From the NCBI GenBank assembly GCA_950097015.1, contig CATNEN010000001.1, positions 11,346,001 to 11,410,000 on the forward strand: a stretch of DNA of 64,000 bases, given 5' to 3'. Positions 13,163-26,400 of the stretch are shown here, in pieces (the first letter of the stretch is position 1; every line of letters begins with the position of its first letter). This DNA is from Macrostomum hystrix (Eukaryota > Animalia > Platyhelminthes). The notes beneath the pieces were generated by a model. The model saw nothing but the letters and a program-made list of their open reading frames with translations. It had not been told where the DNA came from and searched no databases. The position numbers and the translations under genes are program-made.

Positions 13163-16100
13163 ATGGGACAGAAAATCAGCTTTGAGCGAGCTGTAGCAGA
13201 GGGGCTGGAAACCGAAGTTCGAAATCACTTAAAATCAATCAAAAGCAGCTCAAGAAGAGATGGACTGTGTGAAGTGCATTGGCGTCTTGCTGCGAATCAC
13301 CGTCACTGGGAAATTGTGAAACTTCTGGTGCAGACAGTTGCGGACCAAACACTGAGAGATCAGTGCTGCAAGGAGGCTGTGGAATCCGCTGCAAGATTAG
13401 GTCAGTTGGAAGTGGTCAAATTTTTGGTGCCGACAATTGCTGACCAACCACTGAGAGATCAGTGCTGCAAGGAGGCTGCAGAGTTTGCTGCAAACAATGG
13501 TCAGTTGGAAGTGGTCAAATTTTTGGTGCCGACAATTGCCGACCAACCACTGAGAGATCAGTTCTGCAAGGAGGCTGCAGTAATGGGTCAGTTGGAAGTG
13601 GTCAAATTTTTGGTGCGGACAATTGCTGACCAAACACTGAGAGATCAGTGCTGCAAAGAGGCTGCGGAATCTGCTGCAAGATATGGTCAGTGGGAAGTGG
13701 TCAAGTTTTTGGTGCCGACAATCGCTGACCAACCACTGAGAGATCAGTGCTGCAAGGCGGCTGCGGAATCTGCTGCAAGAACGGGTCAGTGGGAAATGGT
13801 CAAATTTTTCTTGGGGACAGATGCCGACCAAGACTTTCGTTATGTCTGTGCAGTCGCGGCTTGCACTCATCTCCGTGAAAATGTCGTAAAGGAACTTGGA
13901 CTTCAGCCCGAGTGGCTCTTCGAGTCCAGCAAAGTCCTCAGCTTCACCGCCTCGATGGCCATTGAGGGCAGGAACGATGTTCTCAGCCAGACTCTGTCTC
14001 GAATGCAGCCAGCTCAGATCACACAGCTGCTCTGTGTCTCCATCTCCCATGGCCATGTCGCACTGGCTCTCACACTCCTCCATGACCAGCGATTCAGCAA
14101 AAAACATGTCGATGTGCCCGACAGCACAGGAGCCACTGCTCTCATGCTGGCAGCTGATGCAGGTCATCACGAGCTCATCGAGAGGCTGGTGGATCTCGGT
14201 GCGTCAGTGCGAGCTGAAGACAGTCAGGGTCGGACAGCTCTGTCGCGAGCTTGTGAGGCGGGTCACGTGCGAGCAGCCAAGACGCTGATGGACAGAGGAG
14301 CGGATGCGAGTCATCGGGACAGTCGGGGCCAGACGTGCGCGCAGGTGGCGGAGCAGCTGGGACATCAGCAGGTGCTGCGGCTGCTGGAGAACAGAACTTC
14401 GAAGTGAGTCCGTTCTCATTTGCAGTGCTGTAAAAGCCTTATTCCTTGCCCAATCTGAACACTAAGACAACTAAAACAACCAAAACCTATATCTTACCCA
14501 ACACATTAGTCTCTTTTCCATTACAAGCACTCTGCCGATCTAGTCATTGCAACTGTGACACTTCATTCTGATCGAGGATTTGATTTCAGTTTTTCTTCTG
14601 AACTTTCAGTGACTTGAGTGCTGAGGAGGTAGCCGGACTCTGCACCGACTCGGGTCTCGTTGAGTGAGTTGCTGATTCTGATTGAGAATTCCCCTCTGCT
14701 GATGAGCTTGAGATGCCAGTCTGAATGCAGCAGCAGCTGGACTCTCAGCTGATCAGCTTGAGATGCCAGTCTGAATGCAGCAGCAGCTGGACTCTCAGCT
14801 GATCAGCTTGAGATGCCAGTCTGTGCAGGTGTACAACCCATCAGCTGACTGAATTCCCCATCATTCCAGGCTCAGAGACGACTCACAGCGGGACAGGCAG
14901 CTCAGTGAGGAACTGCACCGACTGCTCAGCGAGGCGGGATTCACTCAGAAGAGAGCGGAGTGTCAGCAGAGAATGGCTGACTGGCTGCAACTAGTCGCTC
15001 GAGTCCTCACTCAGAACTGGGAGATGCAGATGACAGGCAGCTACGCAGAGGGCTGGGCCAACAGTCTGGTGCAAGTGAACGGCAGGACAGCGGCTGACTC
15101 AGACATTGACTGGACTGTGCTGGTTCAAGGGCAACTGCTGCATCTGGAGGGCACCTGCGACGGAAAAAAGGATGCTTGGAAAGACTGTGAAGCTGCCACG
15201 AAGCTGCGGGTCATGGAGGGTCACGCTCAGGTGGCAGTGGGGTCGGGTGAGTCACACCGGATATTCTTTTTTTTATTATTTTTTTTATCTTTTTACTAGC
15301 GTGCATTAGTATTTCACTGTTAAATTTATCATTTTTATAATTATTTCCCTGTGGTTCACATTTAAGTGCAAGTTGTTTTCCACTACCCTATGATGTACAG
15401 TTTGAACGATGGTTTTGAGCTATTTTGAGCTAGTTTGAACTAAATAATAGTTTTGAGCTATAATATATCATGAGCGAAATAATTATAATTTCTTGATTTC
15501 AAACATAACTACCAATTTCTTATCGATAAATTTTCGCAAAAGTCTGCTCTACTGGTCACCACTCACTGCAGGCAGCCAACCTGCCGTCTCAGCCAAGGCA
15601 TGCGGTGTGCGGCCTGCTCAGGACACGTGCCATGCGATCCAGTGCTGCAGTGGCTTCTGTGAGGACAGAGTCGAGAAGCTGATTGGACACAGCTACACTT
15701 CTGTTCACCTCGTGAGGGCGACCAAACCGAATGAGACCAATGAGCTCAGAGTGAGCTTCAGCTTCCAAGAGAAAGAGGCCATGAGACGGCTGAGCACAGT
15801 CCTGGGACAGCTGTTCTCAATCATCAAGTTCATCTTTAAGCGACATTTGCCACTCACTCTGGACACTCCTGGACTCAAGACCTACCATGCAAAGACTCTG
15901 CTCTTCTTCATGCTGGAGAAGCATGGCACAGACCCGAATGCTGAAGCTTGGCAGTCTCAGAATCTGATCTCACTGCTGAAGGAGTCTCTCGACATGATGC
16001 TGAGCTTCATCGACTCAAGCAGCTCACCCGATGAGTGCATGCCGCACTTCTTCATGCCCGACGCTCCGCTCTACTTCAAGAACGCTGGAATCGGCGGCGA

Positions 16101-16692
16101 CTTCGACAACACAAAGACGAGGGTTCGAGACCGACTGAGAGAGCTGAGAAGCGACATCGGCGGAGTGGTTGAGCAGATGAGGAGACTCGTGAGACCTCTG
16201 CAGTCAGAGAATTTCTACTTTCACCTGTTCACTCTGCTGCCACTGACAGCGCCGCCTGCTGTCACTCAGATTAGGCAAGAATCTGATTATAGTAGTCTTG
16301 AGAAGTCAGCAGACGTGTACAGTGTGGTGCACCATTGTGTTCGCGAGCTGCAGTCAGAGTCTGCAGACAGAGACACCCTGATGAGGCAGCTCAGTCTCCT
16401 GCTTCAGCTGCGGTGGTGCAAGTGCGCCGCCCTGTGCATGACCGCCATGGCGCATCAAATGGATCCTGAAACGGATCTAGAGCGACTCCTTAGAGATAAG
16501 CCTTCGGCAAATCGAAGAAATAGAAAAATTCTTGCCTTGTTATTGTGGCAGTGTGTTTTAGAAAAGGTTTTCATTTTTGTATATACGTTTATGCTTTGTC
16601 ATTTCTTTCTTACATTATGTAAAAAAATAAGTAAAATTATTAAAATCAAAAACGCGCCAAAAATAAATATTTTGTTTTACTTTTTCCCGTAA
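13163..16692 (+). CDS. Ankyrin-repeat + Mab21/cGAS-like receptor (cGLR) nucleotidyltransferase, copy A (5 variable repeats, 3'-truncated, possibly a pseudogene); exons 13163..14403, 14870..15246, 15572..16692
   Basis: 33-aa ankyrin-like array plus canonical ANKs (GATALMLAADAGH, GRTALSRACEAGH). NTase motif TGSYAEG...DSDID, candidate third Asp QDTCHAI, and Mab21 motifs LRVSFSFQEK, LKTYHAKTLLF, MPHFFMP. Exons join in frame (2739 nt). Homology to copy B stops after MAH at ~16455. Confidence 0.85.
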
Positions 16693-17670
16693 AAAAATAA
16701 TACTGTATATAAATATTTTGTTTTATTTTCTACCGTATAAATATTATTCTGTAAAATTTTGCCATTTAAACAAATGTAACATTTTGCTGTGTATATATAG
16801 CCGCAACTTGTGACCAGAAAAGTAAAGTTTTGGTCGAGTGTGTTGAAGTCGTGTATAGTTTGTCTAAAGCGTTTTAAGCGTGTTTTTAAGAAGTGTTCCT
16901 AGTGTCTCGAAGTGTTTTAAGGCAAAGTTCTGAAGCCAAAGTTTGAAGTTTGAAGTGTTGTATTGTGTTATTCAATTTTAAGAGGGAAATATACTCAGAA
17001 CCATACTCAGAATTATACTAAGAATTATACTAAGAATATTACAGAACGGAAACTGCTAAACTCTAATCTCGGGGACGCCTAATTGACTGGAAACGCATAC
17101 AGTTGCCTAATTACCGCTCGTGCAAACATATACGCTACCATATTGAGAAGCTAAAACGGCCCATTTAAGGACCGCCAGTTAAATATCTATTAGATTGAGC
17201 CAGCAGCAGTTAGAAAAGACCTACAACAACTTTGGTGCCATTCAGTGGAATTTTCTTATAAAAGCCAGCATTGTTTAAACACGCCTGGTACAACTTTGGT
17301 GGCATCATTGGGATAAATACATTACAAAGAAATTAGGCCTGTAACAACTTTGGTACAAGCGGTGGGATATAAGTTAAATTTATTAAATAAAGGCCTATAA
17401 CATTCTGTAGATTGTCTTCATCAAACTCTTCAGCCGCGCGAATTCCTGTTTTCGCTAAGGAATCTGTCTTCGAATGGGTATTTGACCAATTAGCTCTCGT
17501 GGACTTTGTTCTATGTTTGTTCAACACAGAAATTAAACTAATATATTCGATTTCGCCGACCATCTCTAGTTAACTTTTCCAGTTCTAACTCGAGCAGGTT
17601 AATACCCTACTTTCATGTGATCTGATTGCTCCTAGCATCGAAGGGAGACGACTTGTTCACAGGCCCATAA

Positions 17671-18497
17671 GTGCAGTGTGAGTCAGTTCAGTGTGGGTCA
17701 GTGCAGTGTGGGTCAGTGCAGTGTGGGTCAGTGCAGTGCGGGTCAGTGCAGTGTGGGTCAGTGCAGTGTGGGTCAGTGCAGTGCGGGTCAGTGCAGTGTG
17801 GGTCAGTGCAGTGTGGGTCAGTGCAGTGTGGGTCAGTGCAGTGTGGGCCAGTGCAGTGTGGGTCAGTGCAGTGTGGGTCAGTGCAGTGTGGGTCATTGTA
17901 GTGTGGGTCAGTGCAGTGTGGGTCAGTGCAGTGTGGGTCAGTGCAGTGTGGGTCAGTGCAGTGTGGGTCAGTGCAGTGCGGGTCAGTGCAGTGTGGGTCA
18001 GTGCAGTGTGGGTCAGTGCAGTGTGGGTCAGTGCAGTGTGGGTCAGTGCAGTGTGAGTCAGTGCAGTGTGAGTCAGTGCAGTGTGGGTCAGTGCAGTGTG
18101 GGTCAGTGCAGTGCGGGTCAGTGCAGTGTGGGTCAGTGCAGTGTGGGTCAGTGCAGTGTGGGTCAGTGCAGTGTGGGCCAGTGCAGTGTGGGTCAGTGCA
18201 GTGTGGGTCAGTGCAGTGTGGGTCATTGTAGTGTGGGTCAGTGCAGTGTGGGTCAGTGCAGTGTGGGTCAGTGCAGTGTGGGTCAGTGCAGTGCGGGTCA
18301 GTGCAGTGTGGGTCAGTGCAGTGTGGGTCAGTGCAGTGTGGGTCAGTGCAGTGTGAGTCAGTGCAGTGTGAGTCAGTGCAGTGTGGGTCAGTGCAGTGTG
18401 GGTCAGTACAGTGTGGGTCAGTGCAGTGTGGGTCAGTGCAGTGTGGGTCAGTGCAGTGCGGGTCAGTGCAGTGTGGGTCAGTGCAGTGTGGGTCAGT
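17671..18497. repeat. 15-bp satellite (gtgcagtgtgggtca), ~55 copies
   Basis: Tandem array whose variant units recur with a 330-bp period. Confidence 0.97.
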
Positions 18498-19085
18498 GAG
18501 TTGTGGCCCGAATTCTTATTTGCCTTTGGTTAACATTTGAGCTGGCTAGCATGTTTCTAACGTGTGTTTTGGAAACTAAATGAAATTATTCTCAAGAGTT
18601 TAATGAACTTCAGAAGTGTGAAGAACTGAAGACTGTAAAAAATTTGTGGATACGCTCATCATGGCTAATCACACTAATCATGGCCATCCTGAATCACTGG
18701 TTTATTTAAGCACATCTTGACTCAAACTCATGAGACTCAAACTCAATATGCAAATATGAGGTGTGAAATACTCTGAAGAAATGCAATAAATTTTGTTTGA
18801 AGTAAACGGTTTGCTCAAATTTTGGAGTCTTGTCAGGCAGCAATTTGCCAATAAACGCTATAAATTGGGTCAGAAATTGTTTCAAAATTAGAATCAAAAG
18901 ATTTTTTGATGATGTTTAATCACTGAGCAAAAAATCTGCCTTTGCCGGTTTTCTTTTATTATAATTATTTAATGGAAAATATCGCTAGGGTTGAAGGCTC
19001 GAGGCGTAAATTTATTGACAGAGGCGCAGTTGAGACTCGTGCCGAGTGCCTTTCACCATAGACAGCCGAAATAAATGTGAAATAT

Positions 19086-19257
19086 GGTATGTATCCCCCT
19101 TGCGGGGGTGTGGTGGCAGAGCCGGCGCACTTAATAACGTTGAGACAATTTTGTTATATTGTCTATGGTCGAGTGAAATAAACCGTTTATTTGCACCGAT
19201 GCAAATAAATGAAATTTACACTGAGATCATAGACATTCGAAGTGGGGGATACATACC
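19086..19257. mobile_element. Possible small MITE bounded by 14-bp inverted repeats
   Basis: ggtatgtatccccc (19086) and gggggatacatacc (19244-19257). Confidence 0.4.
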
Positions 19258-19489
19258 CTTTACCTCATGAGGCCAGTTTTTCCCCTGCTTTCTATGGAAT
19301 CTGTCAAACTGGGAAATGCAAGATCGCAAATTCAAATATCGTAAATGCAGAGATGTACTAGTGCAGGTTTATACTTGGCCCGCGTCTGCGACTTAAATTC
19401 TTCACTCTACTGTTGTCGCAGCTGTCTACTGCGCAGATTATATATTACCTATAGAATCTGTAGGTAATATAGAATCTGTAGGTAATATG

Positions 19490-20135
19490 TGAGAACAGTG
19501 AGTGTGTAAGAACAGTGAGTGTGTGAGAATAGTGATTATGTGAGAACAGTGAGTGTGTGAGAACAGTGAGTGTGTGAGAACAGTGATTATGTGAGAACAG
19601 TGAGTGTGTGACAACAGTGAGTGTGTGAGAACAGTGAGTGTGTGAGAACAGTGAGTGTGTGAGAACAGTGATTGTGTGAGAACAGTGAGTGTGTGAGAAC
19701 AGTGAGTGTGTGAGAACATTAAGTGTGTGAGAACAGTGAGTGTCTGAGAACAGTGAGTGTCTGAGAACAGTGAGTGTCTGAGAACAGTGAGTGTCTGAGA
19801 ACAGTGAGTGTCTGAGAACAGTGAGTGTCTGAGAACAGTGAGTGTGTGAGAACAGTGAGTGTTTGAGAACAGTGAGTGTGTGAGAACAGTGAGTGTCTGA
19901 GAACAGTGAGTGTCTGAGAACAGTGAGTGTGTGAGAACAGTGAGTGTGTGAGAACAGTGAGTGTGTGAGAACAGTGAGTGTCTGAGAACAGTGAGTGTGT
20001 GAGAACAGTGAGTGTGTGAGAACAGTGAGTGTGTAAGAACAGTGAGTGTGACAGAACAGCGAGTGTGTGAGAACAGTGAGTGTGTGAGAAGAGTGATTAT
20101 TTGAGAACAGTGAGTGTGTGAGAACAGTGAGTGTT
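19490..20135. repeat. 17-bp minisatellite (gagaacagtgagtgtgt)
   Basis: Tandem array. Confidence 0.95.
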
Positions 20136-21546
20136 AAGAAACATGGCAGCAAAAATGCCCTAAAAACTATTGTTTTGTTGATTTCTACCTACTTCTAGCC
20201 AGTATTTCAGGTCCAAAAGCACCACATGCCTCACCTGGCTGTGCGTTGGTGATGTCTGAGACATCTCCAAAGTTGCTCCTGACTTGACCGATCTCTGCAT
20301 GAAGAAATGCAGCACAATCTTCTCAGGTGACCCACGCAGCCTTAGGCAGCCGATCAGAAGTCTCAGGTCCAAAATCAGCAATGCTTCTTGCTAATCATCA
20401 TGAGTACCCAATACACAAAGCAAGCCAGGCCAGACAGTCTCGTGTTGCTTGAAGTGCATTCTTTGCCCGCTAGCTGCCCCAATGAGCCCAGTGCACTGCT
20501 AACAGGACTATTCAATTGATTTGACTGCCAACTGATTATTGACGTGTTCTCATTGTCAGCACAATGTCAGCATGTCATGTCAATTGATGGCCCGGCTACC
20601 TTTGTGAGCAGATGCCAGAACTTCTCAATTCAGCTCCGTTTCACAGCGGGGTGGATGCCGCGGCTCTGTTGCTGCAAGGTCTGACGGAAGCTTGTCAATA
20701 AACTTTTTGAGTTTGTAGAATATCGAAGAAAATTACTGTTTGGGAGCCATGCTCTGGCTAGACAATGTTGTAAAGATAGACAGATGCATCGAAGCACCTG
20801 ATCTCACCGGTCTACTTCTCGCGCTGTGAGAGCTGCTTATCGTGCCTACAAGCTTAGTACAGTGTCAGCGAAATGAAGCTTAATTGCAGAAAACGTGAAT
20901 ACCTATAGAGTGAAGTAATAAACTTTTCAAAATAAGAAAAATTGAAAATTTTCTGCAGGAGAACCCGACAGTTTTTTGGGCTGCACCCGAACGGAGCAAC
21001 GCAAGCACACGAAACTCAAGAACGCGGGCCAACTGTTTGTCGCGCATCTTCTGAAACAATAATCAAGCAGCCAGCTCTTCAGACCGTCGAGAAATTCAAT
21101 GGTTCTGGCCGAAGGTCAGACTTTTTCCATAAGCGCTAGTCCATTTCATATCCCCCTCTACATGAATTAGCACTGCGCCTCAGTGCGGCCTTGTCAGGCC
21201 TTCAAAATTTATCAGCATGTCACCCGAATGGGCCTGCATCATCTCCGTCTTCGGTGGTCACCTACCTTTATCTAGACGTATCTGCAGAACCTTAAAGTCC
21301 CTTAACTTTATTTAAGCACTGCTCAGTAGCTGAAACAGGTGAACACACAAGCTGCAACTAAAATATTGAGAATTTATATATCTTTCTAAGAAAAAAACAT
21401 TTAGAAAAAATGGGGAACGTTCTGGTCAGTGGGGGTTTGGCGGGGAGTGTCTGAGCAGTTTCTTGACTCAGAGCTCTATGACTGAGAAATCAACTCTAAG
21501 CAGCTGCCGATGCTGAAAGGGTTGGCTGAGAGGCTCGCCGCGAGGA

Positions 21547-22568
21547 AGGGGACAAATGGGAGAGGAAATGTCGGGGGAGGGGATAGGGGAAAGCAGCTAC
21601 CAGGGAAGATGACAGAGGAGAAAGGGGAGTGGAGTCTGTGAAAGAAGGGAGTGATTCTATTGGCCTCATGCCAGCCCAGTCACACTCGTCCCACAGGTCA
21701 CGAACAGAATTGTTGTGCCTACCCCAAGCAATGCTCGAACCCAGCAATGAACTAGCATGACAGCTAAGGAGAAAGAGGCTGGCTATCGATGCCTTCCACG
21801 TCTATCGCAGTCGCTTCTTGTCACTGAAGTCACACTGGGGTTGACGGACATTTGAACCAATTTGAACCAATCGAAAAAACTGTATTCGTCGTGAATAAAC
21901 TGTATTTGTGTTGAATAAACAGTATTTGTGTTAAATAAACAATATTTGTGTTGAATAAACAGCATTTGTATTGAATAAACAGTATTTGTGTTAGATAAAC
22001 AGTATTTGTGTTAAATAAACAATATTTGTGTTGAATAAACTGTATTTGTGTTGAATAAGGGGACAAATGGGAGAGGAAATGTCGGGGGAGGGGATAGGGG
22101 AAAGCAGCTACCAGGGAAGATGACAGAGGAGAAAGGGGAGTGGAGTCTGTGAAAGAAGGGAGTGATTCTATTGGCCTCATGCCAGCCCAGTCACACTCGT
22201 CCCACAGGTCACGAACAGAATTGTTGTGCCTACCCCAAGCAATGCTCGAACCCAGCAATGAACTAGCATGACAGCTAAGGAGAAAGAGGCTGGCTATCGA
22301 TGCCTTCCACGTCTATCGCAGTCGCTTCTTGTCACTGAAGTCACACTGGGGTTGACGGACATTTGAACCAATTTGAACCAATCGAAAAAACTGTATTCGT
22401 CGTGAATAAACTGTATTTGTGTTGAATAAACAGTATTTGTGTTAAATAAACAATATTTGTGTTGAATAAACAGCATTTGTATTGAATAAACAGTATTTGT
22501 GTTAGATAAACAGTATTTGTGTTAAATAAACAATATTTGTGTTGAATAAACTGTATTTGTGTTGAATA
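21547..22568. repeat. Direct tandem duplication of a 511-bp unit
   Basis: 21547.. recurs at 22058.. (identical ORF-track peptides at 21783 and 22294); the unit includes part of the 20-bp satellite. Confidence 0.9.
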
Positions 22569-22900
22569 AACAGTATTTGTGTTGAATAAACAATATTTGT
22601 GTTGAAAAAGCAGTATTTGTGGTAAATAAACAGTATTTGTGTTGAATAAACAGCATTTGTGTTAAATAAACAATATTTGTGTTGATAAACAGTATTTGTG
22701 TTAAATAAACAGTATTTGTGTTAAATAAACAATATTTGTGTTGAATAAACAATATTTGTGTTGAATAAACAGTATTTGTGTTGAATAAACAGTATTTGTG
22801 TTGAATAAACAGCATTTGTGTTGAATAAACAGCATTTGTGTTGAATAAACAGTATTTGTGTTGAATAAACAGTATTTGTGTTGAATAAACAGTATCTGCG
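22400..22900. repeat. 20-bp AT-rich minisatellite (tgaataaacagtatttgtgt)
   Basis: Tandem array, with a shorter copy at 21890-22057. Confidence 0.95.
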
Positions 22901-23224
22901 GAGAATAAAACAGTATTTTAAATAAAAACAGTTTTGAGCTAGCTATCAGAGTGTTGTGTGAGTGGACGGTGATTGGGTTTATTTAACGTACTTTGGTTAA
23001 AGAAGCGGTATTCGCAGACGAGTGCAGAAGTAAAAATATATTAGCAACTTGACATGGGACAATTCTGAATTCTTGTGCTGCTTTTCGCTTGCAATCCAAA
23101 AACTAAAACCATTTGACACTGAGTCCGGTTAATAATTTCAATTGATCCAATCTCCTGCCGTCCTATTGTCAATGTTTCAGGGCATCACTGCGTCACTGCT
23201 TCCAGTCACTCCTGTCATCACCGG

Positions 23225-23380
23225 TCACTACCTTTCACCACCTGTCACCACCTGTCACGACCTATCACCACCTGTCGACACCTGTCACCACCTGTCGACA
23301 CCTGTCACCACCTGTCATTACCTGTCACCACCAGTCACCACCTGTCACCACCTGTCGACACCTGTCACCACCTGTCACTG
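23225..23380. repeat. 10-bp repeat (cacctgtcac)
   Basis: Degenerate tandem copies. Confidence 0.8.
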
Positions 23381-23424
23381 TCGCCATCTGAGGCACAGAT
23401 TGGCGGCTCCCCTCGCTCTGAGCG

Positions 23425-26400
23425 TCAGCCGCAGGCCACAGACACGCTCAGCAGCACGCGGCCCTGAAGCTCCGAGTTGGCGCCGGTGGCGGTGGCGCAA
23501 CCGAAGCCGCTGCAGAAGGAGCCGCCGCCACCTCCGGCCTTTCCTGGGGCAGTGCCGGTGCCCCCGCCGCTGAATCCGCCGCCTCCGCCGCCAGCACCGA
23601 TGCGACCACCAGCGCAGCAGCCGCCGCCAGCCCCGCCTCCGCCGAAGCCGCCGTCGCCAGTGGGGCAGGAGGAGCTGCGAGCTCCGCCGAGCCAGCCGTC
23701 GATGCGGCTCAGACCGGGACCTCCGGGATCAGCGAAGGACTCGTTGCTGGGCTGGGCCGAGCCGAGCCAGCCGGCGCCGGCACCGCCGCACGAGAAGAGG
23801 GGGTAGTCGTTGCGGCGATTGGGCGCCACCAGACCCGGCTGACCGGCAGCTCCTCCAGCGCCAGTCCAGTTGTTCTTCGGCCAGCTGTCCGTGCCGTTGA
23901 TGCCGCCGTCGCCACTCACGCCATCTGGGATTTCAGCGGACACGCCATTGGTTTCCATGGTTTCTGTCAATCAGCTCAGCTGGCACACCGCTCGGTGAGC
24001 TGCCAGTTTCCTAATATATTGCTGAAAGTCTGTAAAACTGGCGGACAAGCCAATTTTCACTTTCAGTAGTTCTAAAATATTCTTCGCTCGTACGAATATG
24101 AGCTGCTCAGTTCTTTATCTCATGAATTTCACAACCTATTTGCGGATCTCCGAGTTCTTCGAGCATGCGCAGATCTGTCCTCCAACTGCCTCGAATCTGT
24201 CTGCTAAAACCCTGCTGATACTACTCAATACTCACGATGGAATGAGTAGCTGAAATAGAGTGTACTTTGTCTGTGTTCAATGAAAATGTTTTAAACAGCC
24301 AAGCCAAGTTTTGGCTGCTTCAGTGCTTGCCAGGTCCAATTTGGGCAGTTCAGGTGAGATCGAGCAAAGGAACACCTGAGAGAGCTCTTTTCATTTCTAG
24401 TTTCGTGGCAGATTGAATAAAATGATTAAAGTCACAGTTTTGAATCGCTTTTAGTTTCTCTGATTTTGATGCGATGAAGTCCGTGTTCCTATTTTCTTGA
24501 TTGGCAATTTTTCGTCAAACTGCTTTGGATGGCTAATAAAGAGAATTAAATTTACCGATTAACCGCTTGTCAGCCAGGATTTGCTCTCCATGTTGCTTCT
24601 GTCTAAATCTGCTGCACTGCAGCTTTTGTTGAAAGTTCAAGTCCATTGAATGTGACGCCTGCCAATCAGAGCCCTCGACATCTATGGTCCTTCCTGCCCA
24701 GCAACTCCTGGCCACAGACGCTGCCACAGCTGATCCTGCTCTGCTGTCTGTGACCCTGGCTGAACCTGGAGAGACTGCACCAGTCGCTGAGGCTCATTCA
24801 GTGAATGCTTGAGCTCTGGGCCTACAAAGGCTGCATCATGAGCCCTGAGATGGCACAGATTCAACCTTTGCGGTCACTCACAAGTAAAAACTTGCAGCTT
24901 TTTCTAACTCTGTTAAGAGAGAAAAAAAAATTTTGAATTGCACACTTTCTTCAGGGCCTCGGTTTACTTACAATGATTCCAATATGTCCCTCCGCCTCCT
25001 CCAGCAGCCAGGAGCAGCCGAGGACTGCCAGTGCCGTTGCTGATGTACACGAAGCTGCCACCGCCACCACCTGCGCCATATTCGCACGCCGAGTTGCCAC
25101 CGGCCTGTCCGACCACAATGTCCAGTCGGGTGTCAGCGGCGAGCCAGAAGCTCCCAGCTGATGAGGCGCCTCTGCCGCCGCGGCTCGAGTTTGTCGTGTT
25201 GCCCCCAGCAGCTCCGAAGGCCTCAATGCGGAAGCATGCAGCGAACGGCACGGAGAAGAGCTGAACCGATCCGTTCCGGCCGGAGCTGCTGTCTGTTTGG
25301 TGAGTCGAATAGTGATGCGGCAGTGTGAGAGATTGGCTGCTCACATGTAACGAGTCAGGTGTGAGAAGCTAATCCGCAATGCACTTTGAAAAATTGCTTT
25401 AAAAAAGAGCAACTTAAGTTAAGTTGAAGTAAGATGAAAATTTTATTTTGGTCCTTCTGTTCTGTTTCTGCTTTCTTCATCTCTCCTGGTCCGTCCTTCT
25501 CAGTGTGTCTTCCTTCTTCTCATTGGTTTTTATCTTTAGCCCCCTTTTTCAACCGTTCTTGTGCTCAACTCGCAATCTTCTTTTTCTGCGCCAACTGAAT
25601 TTATTAGTTATGTTTCTTTTATTTTATCTCGCTAATAATTTACCTCATTTATTCACGCTTGTGTCAGCGTTGTTTTGCAATATTACTCGCTGATCACTTT
25701 ACTAAATTCACTTGTTCTTTTTAATCCTTGGGATTCGGGACTGCCACCAAAGGAATCCCACTCTCCTTTTCTGCTGTGCTTTGAAACCCAGTTTTAGCGT
25801 TGGTCTCATTTTATACTCGTATTATTGTTATCGGTCGATTCCTCTCTGTTGTACTTTTCCCTACAAGTTCGTTTGCTATGGTTTCAACTGCAAACTTTTC
25901 AAGTGCCAACGTTCTCTCCTCAAGCTCAAGCTGTTACAGTTGGGTCAAGGGCGTTAATTAAATTATCTTCCCGTTTCCTTTAACATTCGAAAGACATGGG
26001 GTATTTCAAATACCCAGATTTTTCTTCCTTCTGTATCTCCTAAAATATTTAACCAATCGCCTTGATAATCCAGAACACGGCACTCTAGCTGATGAAACAA
26101 CTTCTAGACTCAAATTCCAGAATTCTCGTCGAAGATTCTGGTGGCAAAAACCAACAATATAGGCATAATTTTTCTGCTCACAATTTCATAATGTATCATG
26201 CCGGTTATTAATGCTCACTATTTTGTATTGTGTTGCTGTTTTTAACTATTGTATGGATTCGCTATAGAGGTTCACACAGAACAATGTCAGTTGTCCTTGT
26301 CATCAGTGTCTTCGACAAGACTTGCTGAATATCTTGTTCAGTTAGTCAGTTCATCGTAAAGTGTGATCTCGTCATCTCGCGTTGCGCCGTATCTTAGAAG

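Noticed and set aside
14402-14407. Stop codon ending the ankyrin ORF (also 57331-57333), implying a stand-alone ANK gene
   Set aside because: In both copies the stop lies inside a consensus donor (AA|GTGAGT, AA|GTAAGT) that splices in frame to the NTase exon.
17657-18540. Repetitive ORFs (QCGSV, THTAL); likewise those at 19.4, 22.5, 32.2, 49.9, 60.7 and 62.7-64 kb
   Set aside because: These are translations of satellites.
23477-23806. Proline-rich ORF on the + strand (formin/WASP-like)
   Set aside because: It is the antisense shadow of the glycine-rich exon on the minus strand.
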